DNA of 64,000 nt. Origin: Synechococcus sp. (GTDB lineage: Bacteria; Cyanobacteriota; Cyanobacteriia; Thermostichales; PCC-7336). A program made the position numbers and the translations under genes. The stretch's first letter is position 1. Each line of letters starts with the position of its first letter. Under the pieces are notes generated by a model. That model did no database searches. It was not told the DNA's origin and was given only the letters and a program-made list of their open reading frames with translations. The stretch is from assembly GCA_051439605.1 (NCBI GenBank), contig JBFRWN010000124.1, forward strand, positions 1 to 64,000, read 5' to 3'. Positions 39,955-50,619 of this stretch are shown piece by piece.

Positions 39955-41460
39955 CTAGCTTGTGGGGAAGGACCGATACTTGAAAGTGGATTTCAGCTTA
40001 CGCGGTACTGACACGGCAAAATAAAATTCCGGTTCGTCGGACGAGTCTTTACCAAACTGCACCTCCAGCTTCGAGAGCAAAACTGCTAGGGCCATTTTGA
40101 TAAAGTACTGGGCAAAGTCTTGACCGATGCAGGCACGTTTGCCTCGCCCAAAGGGAAAGAAATACCCGCTGCCAAATGGATTCGCTTCAATGGTGGCAGC
40201 ATCCCAACGCTCGGGAATAAACTCTTCGGGGTGTTCCCAGTAGGTGGGGTCGCGGTGCAGGTACCAGTTGTTAATCAGTAATTGAGTGCCAGCGGGAATC
40301 TCATAACCCCCCAGCTTTACGGACTTTTCGTTCGACACATTGCGGGTAAAGAACGGAACCGGAGGATTCAGACGTAAGGCTTCCCGCATCACTTGCTCGA
40401 GGGCAAAACAGTCATTGAGACGACTGTAGGTGAGGGGCTCGCTCATCAATTCGTCGATCGCTGTCAAGAGAGAGGCTCGCTTCTCGGGATTTTGGCTCAA
40501 AAGGTACAGTGCGGAGGCGATGGCGCTAGGCACCGAAACCGAACCACCTGGATAAATGCCCGCACAATAATCCCGTAACTCTGTTTCCGTGAACTGCTCG
40601 CTGCTGTATTTGCGCATCCATTGCAACAGGGATTGAGTGGAGCCTCCTCCTGCTTTAGAGTGTTCCACGACCTTTGCAAACAGGTCGAACCATTGCTGGC
40701 TGGCTTGACGATAGTCTTTCCCTTTGGGCTCTGTAGAAATGGCCCAGTTACCCAATGTAGTGGAGAGTGACATCCGACTGGTGCCGGTTTTGCACATCAG
40801 ATTGAATTCGTCATAGATTTCCGTTGAGAATAGCTGACCGTCAACCGCCAAAGAAAATCCATCAAAGGTCAGCTGCTGCAACGTTGTATAGGTGGGTAAT
40901 TCTCCTAATTCCGATCGCCCCACTAACTCTGCAGCGCGGGTTTCCAGTAGTTCTTGTAAGGGATGGACTTGAGAGCTGAGCCAATCGGGGAAGTAAGGTT
41001 GATTGAACGGATCTTTGTTGGACAGGCGGGTCCATTGTTCCCCCTCATCCCTCGCTTCAAACGGACTGTTATCTGTGAGCATGGGCAGTAAGGCTTTTCG
41101 GGGTAAGTCCTTATAAAAGTCGGCCTGTGTAGGAGACTCCCCTTGGTGATAGGGGCAGCCTGACGCCTCTTGACCTGCCGAGTGGCCGCGATGCTCCGTT
41201 TCCAGTGACTCCGCGTTCAGTAATGCATGGGCGATCGCATCCGGACAATTTAAAACCACCGATGGTCGTCCCACGATCCACATTACCGATATTGGTCCGT
41301 ACTCTTGGCAATATCTACCCAACACCTGCCACAGTGGTTCCCCTCCTAATAAATCCCCCAAGTTGCCGATCGGAAAAACAGGTTTCGGTCCCGGAATATG
41401 TTCGAGATCGGCGTACTTCTTTCGATGGGCAGTACGAAAAAGGGCATTCAGTAGTGACAT
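39955..41460 (-). CDS. Cytochrome P450
   Basis: PGP..FP.GN, EALR (ExxR), PERW and heme motif FGRGKRACIG. Confidence 0.93.
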   Translation of the reverse strand: MSLLNALFRTAHRKKYADLEHIPGPKPVFPIGNLGDLLGGEPLWQVLGRYCQEYGPISVMWIVGRPSVVLNCPDAIAHALLNAESLETEHRGHSAGQEASGCPYHQGESPTQADFYKDLPRKALLPMLTDNSPFEARDEGEQWTRLSNKDPFNQPYFPDWLSSQVHPLQELLETRAAELVGRSELGELPTYTTLQQLTFDGFSLAVDGQLFSTEIYDEFNLMCKTGTSRMSLSTTLGNWAISTEPKGKDYRQASQQWFDLFAKVVEHSKAGGGSTQSLLQWMRKYSSEQFTETELRDYCAGIYPGGSVSVPSAIASALYLLSQNPEKRASLLTAIDELMSEPLTYSRLNDCFALEQVMREALRLNPPVPFFTRNVSNEKSVKLGGYEIPAGTQLLINNWYLHRDPTYWEHPEEFIPERWDAATIEANPFGSGYFFPFGRGKRACIGQDFAQYFIKMALAVLLSKLEVQFGKDSSDEPEFYFAVSVPRKLKSTFKYRSFPTS

Positions 41461-41800
41461 GTCAATCGAAGCCTAGTGATGAACGGGATGGGTTTACGAG
41501 ATTTTCTTCCTGCAGACCGGTCTCTCCCACGGATTGCATCTCGATTGGGAAAGATTGGGCATGAGGGGTCTTACCGGTGGAGTTCTACTTGAGGCTAGGA
41601 GTACAGAAGCACTCTCAAGCTGCTAAGGATGGTAAAGAGGGTAGGACATTATCCTGCAAAATGAGACTCGATGGCCACACTAAAAATACACGCTGCAAGG
41701 AGATACTGCTTGCAATAAACAGTGCAGTTTTCCAGCAATTATAAACATCCATTGAAATTAAGCAATGGCCGAAAAACTATTCATTTCCTGTATATTTAGC

Positions 41801-41820
41801 ATGTAATTTTATGTAATTTT
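41801..41820 (-). promoter_or_regulatory. HLR1-like 10 bp direct repeat upstream of the P450 gene
   Basis: ATGTAATTTT twice, reading ATTACATA-AA-ATTACATG on the minus strand. Confidence 0.4.
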
Positions 41821-41836
41821 TTGAGTTTTTTTTAAA

Positions 41837-44800
41837 TCAATCGATTGAGAACTCTCCTGTTGTCTTCGATGTAGGAGAGTCTTTCATCGTCATGGGTAAT
41901 TGAACCGTGAACGTTGTATTGCCTGGGACTGATTGGAACGAGATTGTTCCCCCATGCTTGTCAACAATCTTCTTGACAATATCTAAGCCTAGACCACTTC
42001 CTTCCCCCGGAGGTTTAGTGGTGAAAAAGGGGTTGAAGATTTTTGCTTGCACCTTTTCTGGGATGCCAGTGCCGCTGTCTGTAATCTGCACTTGAATGTA
42101 GGAATTGACCTGGGTAACCCCGACCGTCAACGTTCCTTTGAAATCCATAGCCTGCAGTGCATTGTGGATCAGGTTCGTCCACACCTGACTCAGTTCATCA
42201 AAGTAGCAGGGGATGGAAGGGATATCGTCGTAATTGCGTACTACGGTGACCCCATGCTTGATTTGGCTGTGGTAAAGGGTTAAGACTGCGTCTATCCCCT
42301 CCGTAATTTGGGCTTCGGAGGCATCTTCACGGTGGTCGTAGCGGGCATAGGTTTTGAGGGCAAAGATGATTTTGGCTGCCCGCTCTCCAGCGGTGCCGAT
42401 ATCCCGCGCACTTTCACGCATTCGCGTCCAGTGGCGCACCATTTTCAAAAACGATTCGCTGTCCTCAGCTTTGAAGAGTGGAATAAACGGTTCGTAGTTT
42501 TCGTAAATGTTGAGATCGAGCAACAAATTGGCAATCGTCTCCCCCTTTTCAACCCCTGCCTCTGCCAGCTGGCTGGCCATGCGTTTGCGGGTGCGGCGGC
42601 GCTCTCGTCCCGACAGGACCGTCTTGGGCACCAAAGACTTCTGCAGCAATTGCAGAAACTGTTGCTCCCGCTCGGCGGTAAGGGAGCCAAAAAACTGGGG
42701 TAACTCAGGCAGGGTTTTGTCTAAGAAGCCTGTGATGTACTGTATGGACGAGCGGATGGCCCCCATTGGAGTATTGATTTCATGGGCAATCCCTGCCACC
42801 AACTGACCGAGGGCCGCCATTTTTTCTGATTGAATCAGCCCTTCTTGGGTGCGTTGCAATTCCTCCAAGGTGTTGGATAATTCCTGGGTGCGCTCCTCCA
42901 CCTTCTGCTCTAAGTTGGCGTAAAGGCGGGCTTGGTCGATCGCGATCGCAGCCTGGCCGGACAGCAACTGCAGCACCTCTAAACGGCTGGAGGTAAATGC
43001 CCCCATAGTGAGGTTGTTCTCCAAATACAAAATCCCGCTTAACCGCCGCTGGTTGAGCAGGGGGGCACAGAGTACCGAGCGGGGTTGGTGGGTTTGGATA
43101 TAGGGATCGTTCGAAAAATTCCCCGGTTGCGTAGCATCGCTGAGCACAACGCTCTCTTGGGTGCGCTGTACGTAATTCAGGAGGCTTTGGGGTAGGTAAT
43201 TGGCGCAGGGCAACGATTGCAGGATGGTGTCCCTGCCACTTTCAACATCCCAAGATGCTTCGATTGCAAAGTCCCCCTGCTTCTCTAACAGCAACAACCC
43301 CCGTTGAGCTCCGGCATTTTTAACCAATATTTGAATCAGAGACAGCAGCAGCTTATCTAGAACAATTTCACTGGCAATCGCCTGAGAGGCCTGCAGTACA
43401 GCTGCCAAGTCTAGCGATTGGTCGCCGCCGTGCAGAGTCGATGTTGTAGCGGGGCCATGTAACGTTGTCCGGCCCACTGCCCGACGGGTGGTGCGGGTGG
43501 TGTCGCTGGGCATGGGAGCGGAAATGGAAACCAGTTGCGGATATCGATCTTCCATTTGCTGCACTTTGGCAGCAGCCCCCCATTGAAAATAGGCAAAATA
43601 GGCTTCCCGTAAGTAAACGCGACCAAACTGTTGGCGGTCTCTGCCCAGGTAGCAAATGGCGGCCAGCTCGTTGCCCAGAGCTTCTTCGTTAATAAAACCG
43701 CTGGCTTTGGCCCCCGAAATGGCGCGATCGTACAGCGCGCCAGCTTGCTCCAGTTTTCCGAGCACTCGATGTCGCTCTGCTTCCACCAAATCGTACTTGT
43801 GCCGGTTGTTGCTGGCGGCATGGTGTGCCCAGTGCAGCAACTTCTCCTGATTGCGACCCACTCTGGCAAGCAGCTCTTCGCGATCGCTTCCTGGGCGGAT
43901 ATCACACAAGGCCAGACAGGTGAGGGAGTCGTAGAAATTTAAGGTGACGACTGTTGAGGCTGCAATCATGCCATCGGCACAGGCTTGCGCCAAATCAGAG
44001 CAGTCCTTAGCCGTCTCGTAGTCCTGCAGTAAATAGCACACCATGCATTTGTGGACGTAGAAAAATGCCATAGCCAGCTTGTTTTTGGCGCTGTCGATGA
44101 GCACTTCGCTCTCTTGCAGATGCTGGCCATCGAACTGACTGGGATCGTCCGCTTGTCCCAGTAGGTTTGCGACTGCCTGTTGGTAAATTTTCAAGTAGAG
44201 TAGGCAGGCGGTTTGTTGAAACTCTGCGGTTGTCTGGTTATACTCCTGCATCCGCTCCGACAGGGGAAGTAGCTCTCGTCCGGTCAACAAAGAATGCATT
44301 GCTTCCCAGCAGAGAGAGTAGCTGGCATATTCTAAATCCCCTGTTTCCACCCCCACCTGATACCCGTTGTGCAAGTCCTCAATGGTGTTCGCGAGGGGTT
44401 CGATCCAGTGGCGCACAAAGGCGTTGAATACAAAAATGACGCGGCTTTGGCAATCTTTCGCCCGAAACTTCTCCACCACCTCCTGTGCTAGGCAGCCAAA
44501 CTGATAGCCCGTTTCGATATCCCCCGTAACACCGCACAGGATAATGCCGTAGCAGTCGTAGGCAAAGGCTGATTCGGCCGTGTTGCCGTACTTCAGAGAC
44601 AGTTCGATTTGTTTAAGATCGCTGAGAATAAAGTGGCCAATCGAGGCTTGATATCCAGAGGACAGAAGCTCCGAGAGAATCTGCATGGCAGCAAGCTTGT
44701 CTACCTCGTGCATGGACGGGCGATCGAGCAGGGTATGAATGGCAATGTCCTGCCGCAATTGCTCCACTGCAGCCAGTTCGGTAGCAATATTGGGTTCGGC

Positions 44801-47416
44801 GGGTTCAGATAGGTTGATACCGAGTCGGGACAAGATATTCAGGCCGATGCCAATGGCATCTAAGTGCAAGTTGTGAGCAATTTCTGCCAGAATTTTTACC
44901 CGTGCGACATTGACGCAATGGAGCACTAACTGAGTTTTGTTTTCCACAACCTCCGCCAAGTTCTTGAGTCGATCGAACTGCTGGTTGAGATAGGCCACCT
45001 CCACTGCTTCGTCGTGTAAGGCGAGGGTCAGATCGTAATCATCCGTCCATCCCTCCTCTCCCATCAGCTCCAGACCCGTGCCCAGATAGCGGGCAGCTGC
45101 CTGGTATGCGGTAGCGGCCTTAGCTTTCCTGCCTCCCCTCAGGTTCAGTTCCGCCAGTTGAATGCGTTGTTCGGGGTTGGGATTGTCTGGGTTTGCGATG
45201 ATATTAATAGCTTGGTTGAGGTGATCGACAACCTCAAAGAGCCGGCCAGAAAGGGTTTTGGCGGGCATGCTATTCAGCAACAGACGCCCGATGTTGAGAT
45301 GAAACCCCGGTCTACTTTCCCGATCGATGGTGGCATAAGCTGCCTGCTGAATGCGATCGTGTTCGAAGCGAAAGTTGTCGATCGCCAAGTCTGGATTCAG
45401 CTCCGAGAGGGCAACCAGCAGCCCTTGCTGTACCCCAACTGTCAAGTCATGGAACACCTCGGCAGGCGATCGTTGGCACACGATGGCTAATGTGTTGAGG
45501 TCGAACTGGGCTCCCACGCAGGCAGCTTGTTGCAGCACCTGTTGGGTAGAAGTGGGTAATTTGGATAAGCGATTGATGAGCAGATCGACAACGTTGTCGG
45601 TCAGCTCTTTTGCTTGTATGTGTTCAATGTCCCACTCCCACCGCCGCGTGTCCGTGCTGTAATGCAGCAGTCCATCGGCGTGCAGGCTTTTGAGAAATTC
45701 GTTGACAAAGAAGGGATTGCCCTCGGTTTTTTGGCGCACTAACTGGGCTAGTGGCAGAACTTCATCCACACTGCGCCCCACTGTATCGGCAATTAACTGA
45801 CACAGATGTAGTTGAGAGAGTGGCTTGAGAAAGATGGTATTAATGGGCACCTCAGCCTCGTCAAGGCGGTTGAGTAGCGCCATAAAAGGGTGGGTGGGTC
45901 CCACCTCGTTATCTCGGTAGGCTCCTATGACTAGGAAATAATGTAGTTGCCGATCGCGCATGGTGCGCTCTAACAGTCGCAGGCTGGCAGAATCCGCCCA
46001 TTGCAAATCGTCTAAGAACAGTACGAGGGGATGCTCGGCGTTGCAAAATACCCGAATAAAGTTCTGAAAGACTAGGTTAAATCGGTTTTGGGCTTCGGTT
46101 GGCCCTAACTCTGGCACGGGGGGCTGTTCCCCCACAATCAACTCAATCTCGGGGATCACCCCTGACACCACACCTCCATTGGGACCAAGAGCTTCAGAAA
46201 GGCGATCGCGCCACAGTTCTAATTGTTCTTCGCTTTCTGTTAGCAGTTGCTTAACTAGATCCTTGAAGGCGTCAATTACCGCAGAGTAGGGAACGTCCCG
46301 TTGATATTGGTCGTATTTGCCAGCAATAAAATATCCTCGTCGCTCTGTAATGGGTTTGTGGATTTCTGCCACCAACGAGGACTTGCCCACGCCGGAATAT
46401 CCCGCCACTAGCATGAGTTCGCTGCCGCACTCCTCCCCGTGATTGACCCGTTCAAATGCCTGTAGGAGGGACACCAGTTCCCCGTCTCTGCCGTACAGTC
46501 GTTGGGGAATGCGGAAACGGTCCGAGAGGTCTTGAAGTCCCAATGGGAAGTCTTGAATGACTCCATGGTCTTGCAGGGATTGCCAGCACCGTTCTAGATC
46601 CGCCTGGAGGCCAAAGGCGCTCTGGTAGCGATCTTCTGCGGTTTTGGCCATCAGTTTGAGGACAATGCGGGAGATGGTGATGGGAATCTGGGGATCGATC
46701 TCGTGGGGGGGAACGGGTTGGTGGGCAATGTGGCAGTGCACCAGCTCTAATGGATCGCTGGCAGGGAAGGGGAGTTTGCCCGTCAGCAGTTCGTAAAAGG
46801 TGACCCCGAGGGAATAAAAATCAGTGCGGTAGTCGAGGGAGCGGTTCATGCGCCCCGTTTGTTCGGGGGAAATGTAGGCCAGGGTTCCCTCCAGCACGCG
46901 CGGGTTTTTGAGGGTGGGGTTTTCCCGACTGAGCTGGGTGGAGATGCCAAAATCGATTAGCTTGATGTGACCCGTGGTCGGGTTGTACAGCACGTTGCTG
47001 GGATTAATGTCCTTGTGAATAATGTTGCGGAAGTGCACCTGTCCTAGCACTCCCGCTATCTCAATTGACAGGGCTAAAAACCGTCGTATGGGGGTGGCTT
47101 TGCCCAGATAGAGATCTTTTAGCGATCGGCCATCGATATCCTCCAACAGCATCGCAAACGTGCGTTGGTAGGGCTCTAAACTGTATACGTCAATGACTCC
47201 ATCGACATCCGACAGGCTTCTCGTAATTTCGTATTCCTGGCGATAGCGGGTCAGTTCTGCTGCGCTGGGATAGTCTTCCTTGAGAATTTTGACAATTAGA
47301 GATTGATGGGAGGGGGGAGGGACGGTACTGCTCTCCCTCTGGGCGCGAAAGACCATGGAGTTGGCGCTGTCGTAAATTTGTTCGCTTAGATGACAATCAG
47401 CAATGGTTCCAATCAT
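41837..47416 (-). CDS. Ser/Thr kinase - AAA ATPase - GAF - histidine kinase multidomain protein
   Basis: HKDINPSN, IDFG, YISPEQTGRMNR; GYSGVGKS, FLDDLQWAD; GAF (LYLENN); AHEINTP, NALQA and FTTKPPGEGSGLGL. Confidence 0.95.
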   Translation of the reverse strand: MIGTIADCHLSEQIYDSANSMVFRAQRESSTVPPPSHQSLIVKILKEDYPSAAELTRYRQEYEITRSLSDVDGVIDVYSLEPYQRTFAMLLEDIDGRSLKDLYLGKATPIRRFLALSIEIAGVLGQVHFRNIIHKDINPSNVLYNPTTGHIKLIDFGISTQLSRENPTLKNPRVLEGTLAYISPEQTGRMNRSLDYRTDFYSLGVTFYELLTGKLPFPASDPLELVHCHIAHQPVPPHEIDPQIPITISRIVLKLMAKTAEDRYQSAFGLQADLERCWQSLQDHGVIQDFPLGLQDLSDRFRIPQRLYGRDGELVSLLQAFERVNHGEECGSELMLVAGYSGVGKSSLVAEIHKPITERRGYFIAGKYDQYQRDVPYSAVIDAFKDLVKQLLTESEEQLELWRDRLSEALGPNGGVVSGVIPEIELIVGEQPPVPELGPTEAQNRFNLVFQNFIRVFCNAEHPLVLFLDDLQWADSASLRLLERTMRDRQLHYFLVIGAYRDNEVGPTHPFMALLNRLDEAEVPINTIFLKPLSQLHLCQLIADTVGRSVDEVLPLAQLVRQKTEGNPFFVNEFLKSLHADGLLHYSTDTRRWEWDIEHIQAKELTDNVVDLLINRLSKLPTSTQQVLQQAACVGAQFDLNTLAIVCQRSPAEVFHDLTVGVQQGLLVALSELNPDLAIDNFRFEHDRIQQAAYATIDRESRPGFHLNIGRLLLNSMPAKTLSGRLFEVVDHLNQAINIIANPDNPNPEQRIQLAELNLRGGRKAKAATAYQAAARYLGTGLELMGEEGWTDDYDLTLALHDEAVEVAYLNQQFDRLKNLAEVVENKTQLVLHCVNVARVKILAEIAHNLHLDAIGIGLNILSRLGINLSEPAEPNIATELAAVEQLRQDIAIHTLLDRPSMHEVDKLAAMQILSELLSSGYQASIGHFILSDLKQIELSLKYGNTAESAFAYDCYGIILCGVTGDIETGYQFGCLAQEVVEKFRAKDCQSRVIFVFNAFVRHWIEPLANTIEDLHNGYQVGVETGDLEYASYSLCWEAMHSLLTGRELLPLSERMQEYNQTTAEFQQTACLLYLKIYQQAVANLLGQADDPSQFDGQHLQESEVLIDSAKNKLAMAFFYVHKCMVCYLLQDYETAKDCSDLAQACADGMIAASTVVTLNFYDSLTCLALCDIRPGSDREELLARVGRNQEKLLHWAHHAASNNRHKYDLVEAERHRVLGKLEQAGALYDRAISGAKASGFINEEALGNELAAICYLGRDRQQFGRVYLREAYFAYFQWGAAAKVQQMEDRYPQLVSISAPMPSDTTRTTRRAVGRTTLHGPATTSTLHGGDQSLDLAAVLQASQAIASEIVLDKLLLSLIQILVKNAGAQRGLLLLEKQGDFAIEASWDVESGRDTILQSLPCANYLPQSLLNYVQRTQESVVLSDATQPGNFSNDPYIQTHQPRSVLCAPLLNQRRLSGILYLENNLTMGAFTSSRLEVLQLLSGQAAIAIDQARLYANLEQKVEERTQELSNTLEELQRTQEGLIQSEKMAALGQLVAGIAHEINTPMGAIRSSIQYITGFLDKTLPELPQFFGSLTAEREQQFLQLLQKSLVPKTVLSGRERRRTRKRMASQLAEAGVEKGETIANLLLDLNIYENYEPFIPLFKAEDSESFLKMVRHWTRMRESARDIGTAGERAAKIIFALKTYARYDHREDASEAQITEGIDAVLTLYHSQIKHGVTVVRNYDDIPSIPCYFDELSQVWTNLIHNALQAMDFKGTLTVGVTQVNSYIQVQITDSGTGIPEKVQAKIFNPFFTTKPPGEGSGLGLDIVKKIVDKHGGTISFQSVPGNTTFTVQLPMTMKDSPTSKTTGEFSID

Positions 47417-47504
47417 GGGGGCTTTCTGGAGGGGAGAGTAAGTCTGAATGGAGGAACTAGGTATACATCTACTTAGGCATCCATATCTTGGGCCATCATC
47501 CAGC

Positions 47505-47909
47505 TCATTGCGTGGCAGCGGCCATCAATTCATTGACGCGATCCACCATCGCCTGCTGATCCACCACGGGTTTTGCAATGTATCCCTGTGCGCCACTGTC
47601 ACGCAAGAAATTTTCGCGATCGCCGCGCATGGCATGGGCGGTGACTAAGATAACGGGGATTTTTTGGGATACCGGATGCTGTTTAAGGAGTTGGGTAATG
47701 CGGATACCATCCACTGCCTCTCCGTGGTAGGAACTTTGCGAGAGAGAGACATCCATTAAGACAGCAGCAATGTCACCACTCGCTACCAGCTGCAAAATCT
47801 CCTCAACATCTTGACTGAGTTTTACTTCGAAGCCTCCACGCTTTTTCAAAATGGTGGCAAACACCCGAGCGTTCAGAGGATCGTCCTCAACTAGTAAAAC
47901 TGTAGCCAT
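47505..47909 (-). CDS. devR: Single-domain response regulator, DevR/DivK-like
   Basis: VEDD..NARVF..IL.KRGG, LMDVSL, DGI.IT..LK, VTAHAM.GDRENFL and KPVVD match cyanobacterial DevR-type receivers; ATG 47909. Confidence 0.8.
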   Translation of the reverse strand: MATVLLVEDDPLNARVFATILKKRGGFEVKLSQDVEEILQLVASGDIAAVLMDVSLSQSSYHGEAVDGIRITQLLKQHPVSQKIPVILVTAHAMRGDRENFLRDSGAQGYIAKPVVDQQAMVDRVNELMAAATQ

Positions 47910-48131
47910 TCGAGGCAAACCTACTTGTTTATTTGCTTTTAGATTACCCGCACCCCGATGGGGGCTCAACAGGGTGTTTGAGCCTCATGATTGGTTATAC
48001 GAGACTCCCCATCCGCTGGTTTCGAGCATTGAGGGGGCTTTTACTGGGTTTGGGGAGATTGGCAGCACTCTCCAGCCGTTGGGATTCCCAGTTGGCATTA
48101 GACTGATGGGTGCACCATTGCTGCGAACATC

Positions 48132-48689
48132 ATGAACTTGGATCCCTCACTGTTTGCCACTGCCGCCCGCTATTGCCTTATTTTTGCTGGACTGCTGGGA
48201 TTCTTCACAATTGTTTTATGGGTGCGGCAGGTTAAGTGGAGATTTGCTTTCTTCGGATACACCGCGTTTACGTTGGTGTTGGCGGCTGGTTTGGGTGCAT
48301 TAAGCTTGGCCCCCATCGTCAGGACTCCTGTCCCAGGAGCAATGGCCTTCTCCACAGTCTTTGATAACAATTCCGAGCGAGCGGCGATTGCCGTATCGCC
48401 AGATATTACCCCCGAACAGTTAGAGCCTACCCTTCGCCAAGCAGCTGCGAACCTCTACTCCTACGGTCGCTTTTCCTCCACCACGAACATTCTGACCATC
48501 CGCGCACGGACGATCGTCCATCCTGAAGAGGGGATTTCCCTGCCCATTTATCTCGGACAAGTGCAACGCTCCATGGTGCAGCGGGACGATGTTGGTATGA
48601 AAGTAGATATCTACGCCGATGGGTTTGCGAAACTGCGCCGCTACGTTCCTGCTGCGGTTAGACCAGACGCAGAAGATGTCAATGCCTAG
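48132..48689 (+). CDS. ycf51: Ycf51 family protein
   Basis: Two TMs, WRF, PGA....VFDN, TLRQAA.NL.SYGR and IRART..HP..G.S.P.YLG motifs. Confidence 0.85.
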   Translation: MNLDPSLFATAARYCLIFAGLLGFFTIVLWVRQVKWRFAFFGYTAFTLVLAAGLGALSLAPIVRTPVPGAMAFSTVFDNNSERAAIAVSPDITPEQLEPTLRQAAANLYSYGRFSSTTNILTIRARTIVHPEEGISLPIYLGQVQRSMVQRDDVGMKVDIYADGFAKLRRYVPAAVRPDAEDVNA

Positions 48690-48856
48690 AAAACTGCTGA
48701 CAGATTGGATAACACACTAGTTTTTTCGCTTGAGCTCTAGCGAATGGGTTTTCAGTCTTTGTTACGGTGCAGAAGGCGACAAAATCTGTAAAAGTGATGT
48801 AATGCTGCCCTCTACTCATGCATGGGTGACATAATTGATGCCACGCACGGCTAGGG

Positions 48857-50005
48857 GTGAGTCTGCTGGATAGTCAAACTGCGCGAGCGGTGATGAACTA
48901 CTACCAAGTTCTCGATGTTCCTCCAGATGCAACGCCGGAGGATATCAAACAAGCGTACCGTCGGTTGGTTCGCAAGCATCATCCTGACGTGGCTGGCGAG
49001 GTTGATCGCGATCTTTTTCATCAAATTCAGACGGCCTACGAAACCCTGAGCGATTCAGGGGAGCGGCGCAAGTACGACCTCTCGGTGGGGTGGGGCAGAT
49101 CCCCGCGCACAGCGATCCCCTATCGACCTGACCGTACCAAGACTTCTAGTTCTAAGGCTTCTAATTCAAACACTACGAATCAGGCAGCCCATCAACCGAA
49201 ACCTGCCCAGTCTGCGTCTGCGCGATCGGGAGCGTCCAAGCCAACATCTTCCCAGTCTTCGAAAACTCAACCCGGTTCCAATCAGACCAGTTCTTCCAGT
49301 ACTCGCTCTTCGGGGTTTAAGTCAGCGAAATCAGGCGCAACCACTCGTGCAGCGACCTCTATGCAGCCAGAACAACCGCCCTACCGTCCAGCGGGGTCTG
49401 CATCGGCTGCGTCCGAGGTAAATCCCCCCGGTTCTTTCAGTCGAGAGGCTACCAATCAGGACAGCAAAAAAGGGAGAACCACATACCGAGATAATGGATA
49501 TCGGCCTCCAGGCTACAGCCCGGACGGAGTGGCGCGGCACAGCACAGCCCATGGCAATAGCAGAAATGGTTCAGCCTCTTCTCATCAGGCGAAGAGTGCC
49601 GCTGCTGGCAACAGCAATAACTCTGCGAAGACCAACGGTGCCCCAAACAAACACCGCAACCCCTATTCCCCTCCTCCTCGCCCCGAGCCACAGGTGCAAA
49701 CCTTTAATCAGGGTTTAAAGTCCCTCAAAGAGGCGCTGCGTAAGAATCGATATTCGGAGGCTACCGAAATCGCCGATCGCCTAGTGGCCAACTACCCAAA
49801 ACAACCACTGGCCCTGCGGATGTTTGTGAAAGCCTATCACCTGCGCGGGAATGAAATGCTGTATTACAAGCGCTACGAGTTGGCGGAGATTTATCTTTAC
49901 GAGGCATTAAAAACCGCCCATTTCCATTATCCAGAACTGGTTAGCACCATTCAGGATGACCTGGAGCGCATGGAAATTAACCGACGGGAATTGGACTTAA
50001 TTTAG
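48857..50005 (+). CDS. DnaJ (J-domain) protein with low-complexity linker and C-terminal TPR-like helices
   Basis: YYQVL, IKQAYRRL..KHHPD and AYETLSD..R..YD; alternative start ATG 48893. Confidence 0.88.
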   Translation: MSLLDSQTARAVMNYYQVLDVPPDATPEDIKQAYRRLVRKHHPDVAGEVDRDLFHQIQTAYETLSDSGERRKYDLSVGWGRSPRTAIPYRPDRTKTSSSKASNSNTTNQAAHQPKPAQSASARSGASKPTSSQSSKTQPGSNQTSSSSTRSSGFKSAKSGATTRAATSMQPEQPPYRPAGSASAASEVNPPGSFSREATNQDSKKGRTTYRDNGYRPPGYSPDGVARHSTAHGNSRNGSASSHQAKSAAAGNSNNSAKTNGAPNKHRNPYSPPPRPEPQVQTFNQGLKSLKEALRKNRYSEATEIADRLVANYPKQPLALRMFVKAYHLRGNEMLYYKRYELAEIYLYEALKTAHFHYPELVSTIQDDLERMEINRRELDLI

Positions 50006-50072
50006 ACCCGGTGTCTTGAGCCCAGAATCCGTAAGGGTGCCCCGTGCCTTTCTTGACGACCCGAGAGAGGGG

Positions 50073-50549
50073 CTAGGGGAGAGGGGCATCGAACTCAGGT
50101 TTCTCCCGGTGGTGTTCAACCAAGGGCGTCTGTCCCACCAGAAGCTCACCCACAGGCTTTCCCCCTAAAATGTGCTCCTGTAGAATCCGTTCGATCGCCT
50201 CTGGCGTCGCCGAACGATACCAAAATCCCCCCGGATACACCATCAAAACCGGGCCAGGAATGTTGTAGTCGCATCCCCGCAGGCAATTGGCTTTAGTGCG
50301 ATGCACCTGCAGTGGCCCGCGATCGAGCTGCAGCTCTCTAATGCGCTTTTTGAGATAGTTCCACGCCTCTAACCCAACGGGTTTAGAACAGCACTTGGGC
50401 TTAGTTTGATCGGCACAGAGTAAGAGGTGCCAGCCGTAAGGGGGTAAGTCCAACCGATCTGTCGATGGGTTGACTGTGGGGATGGGTTCACCGGAGGAGG
50501 TGTTTGCGGCAGGAGCCTTTTCAGGAGGAGGTGAATGACTATCGGACAT
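50073..50549 (-). CDS. Thioredoxin-like [2Fe-2S] ferredoxin domain protein
   Basis: HLLLCADQTKPKCC, RTKANCLRGC, GP.L.VYP.G.WY and ERI.QEH..GG.PV; own ATG at 50549. Confidence 0.85.
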   Translation of the reverse strand: MSDSHSPPPEKAPAANTSSGEPIPTVNPSTDRLDLPPYGWHLLLCADQTKPKCCSKPVGLEAWNYLKKRIRELQLDRGPLQVHRTKANCLRGCDYNIPGPVLMVYPGGFWYRSATPEAIERILQEHILGGKPVGELLVGQTPLVEHHREKPEFDAPLP

Positions 50550-50619
50550 AGGGAGACAGATTAGGAGAAGGGTGCAAGATTTTCCGTTCGCCAAGTGATT
50601 GCTTAAACAAAATGGCGAT

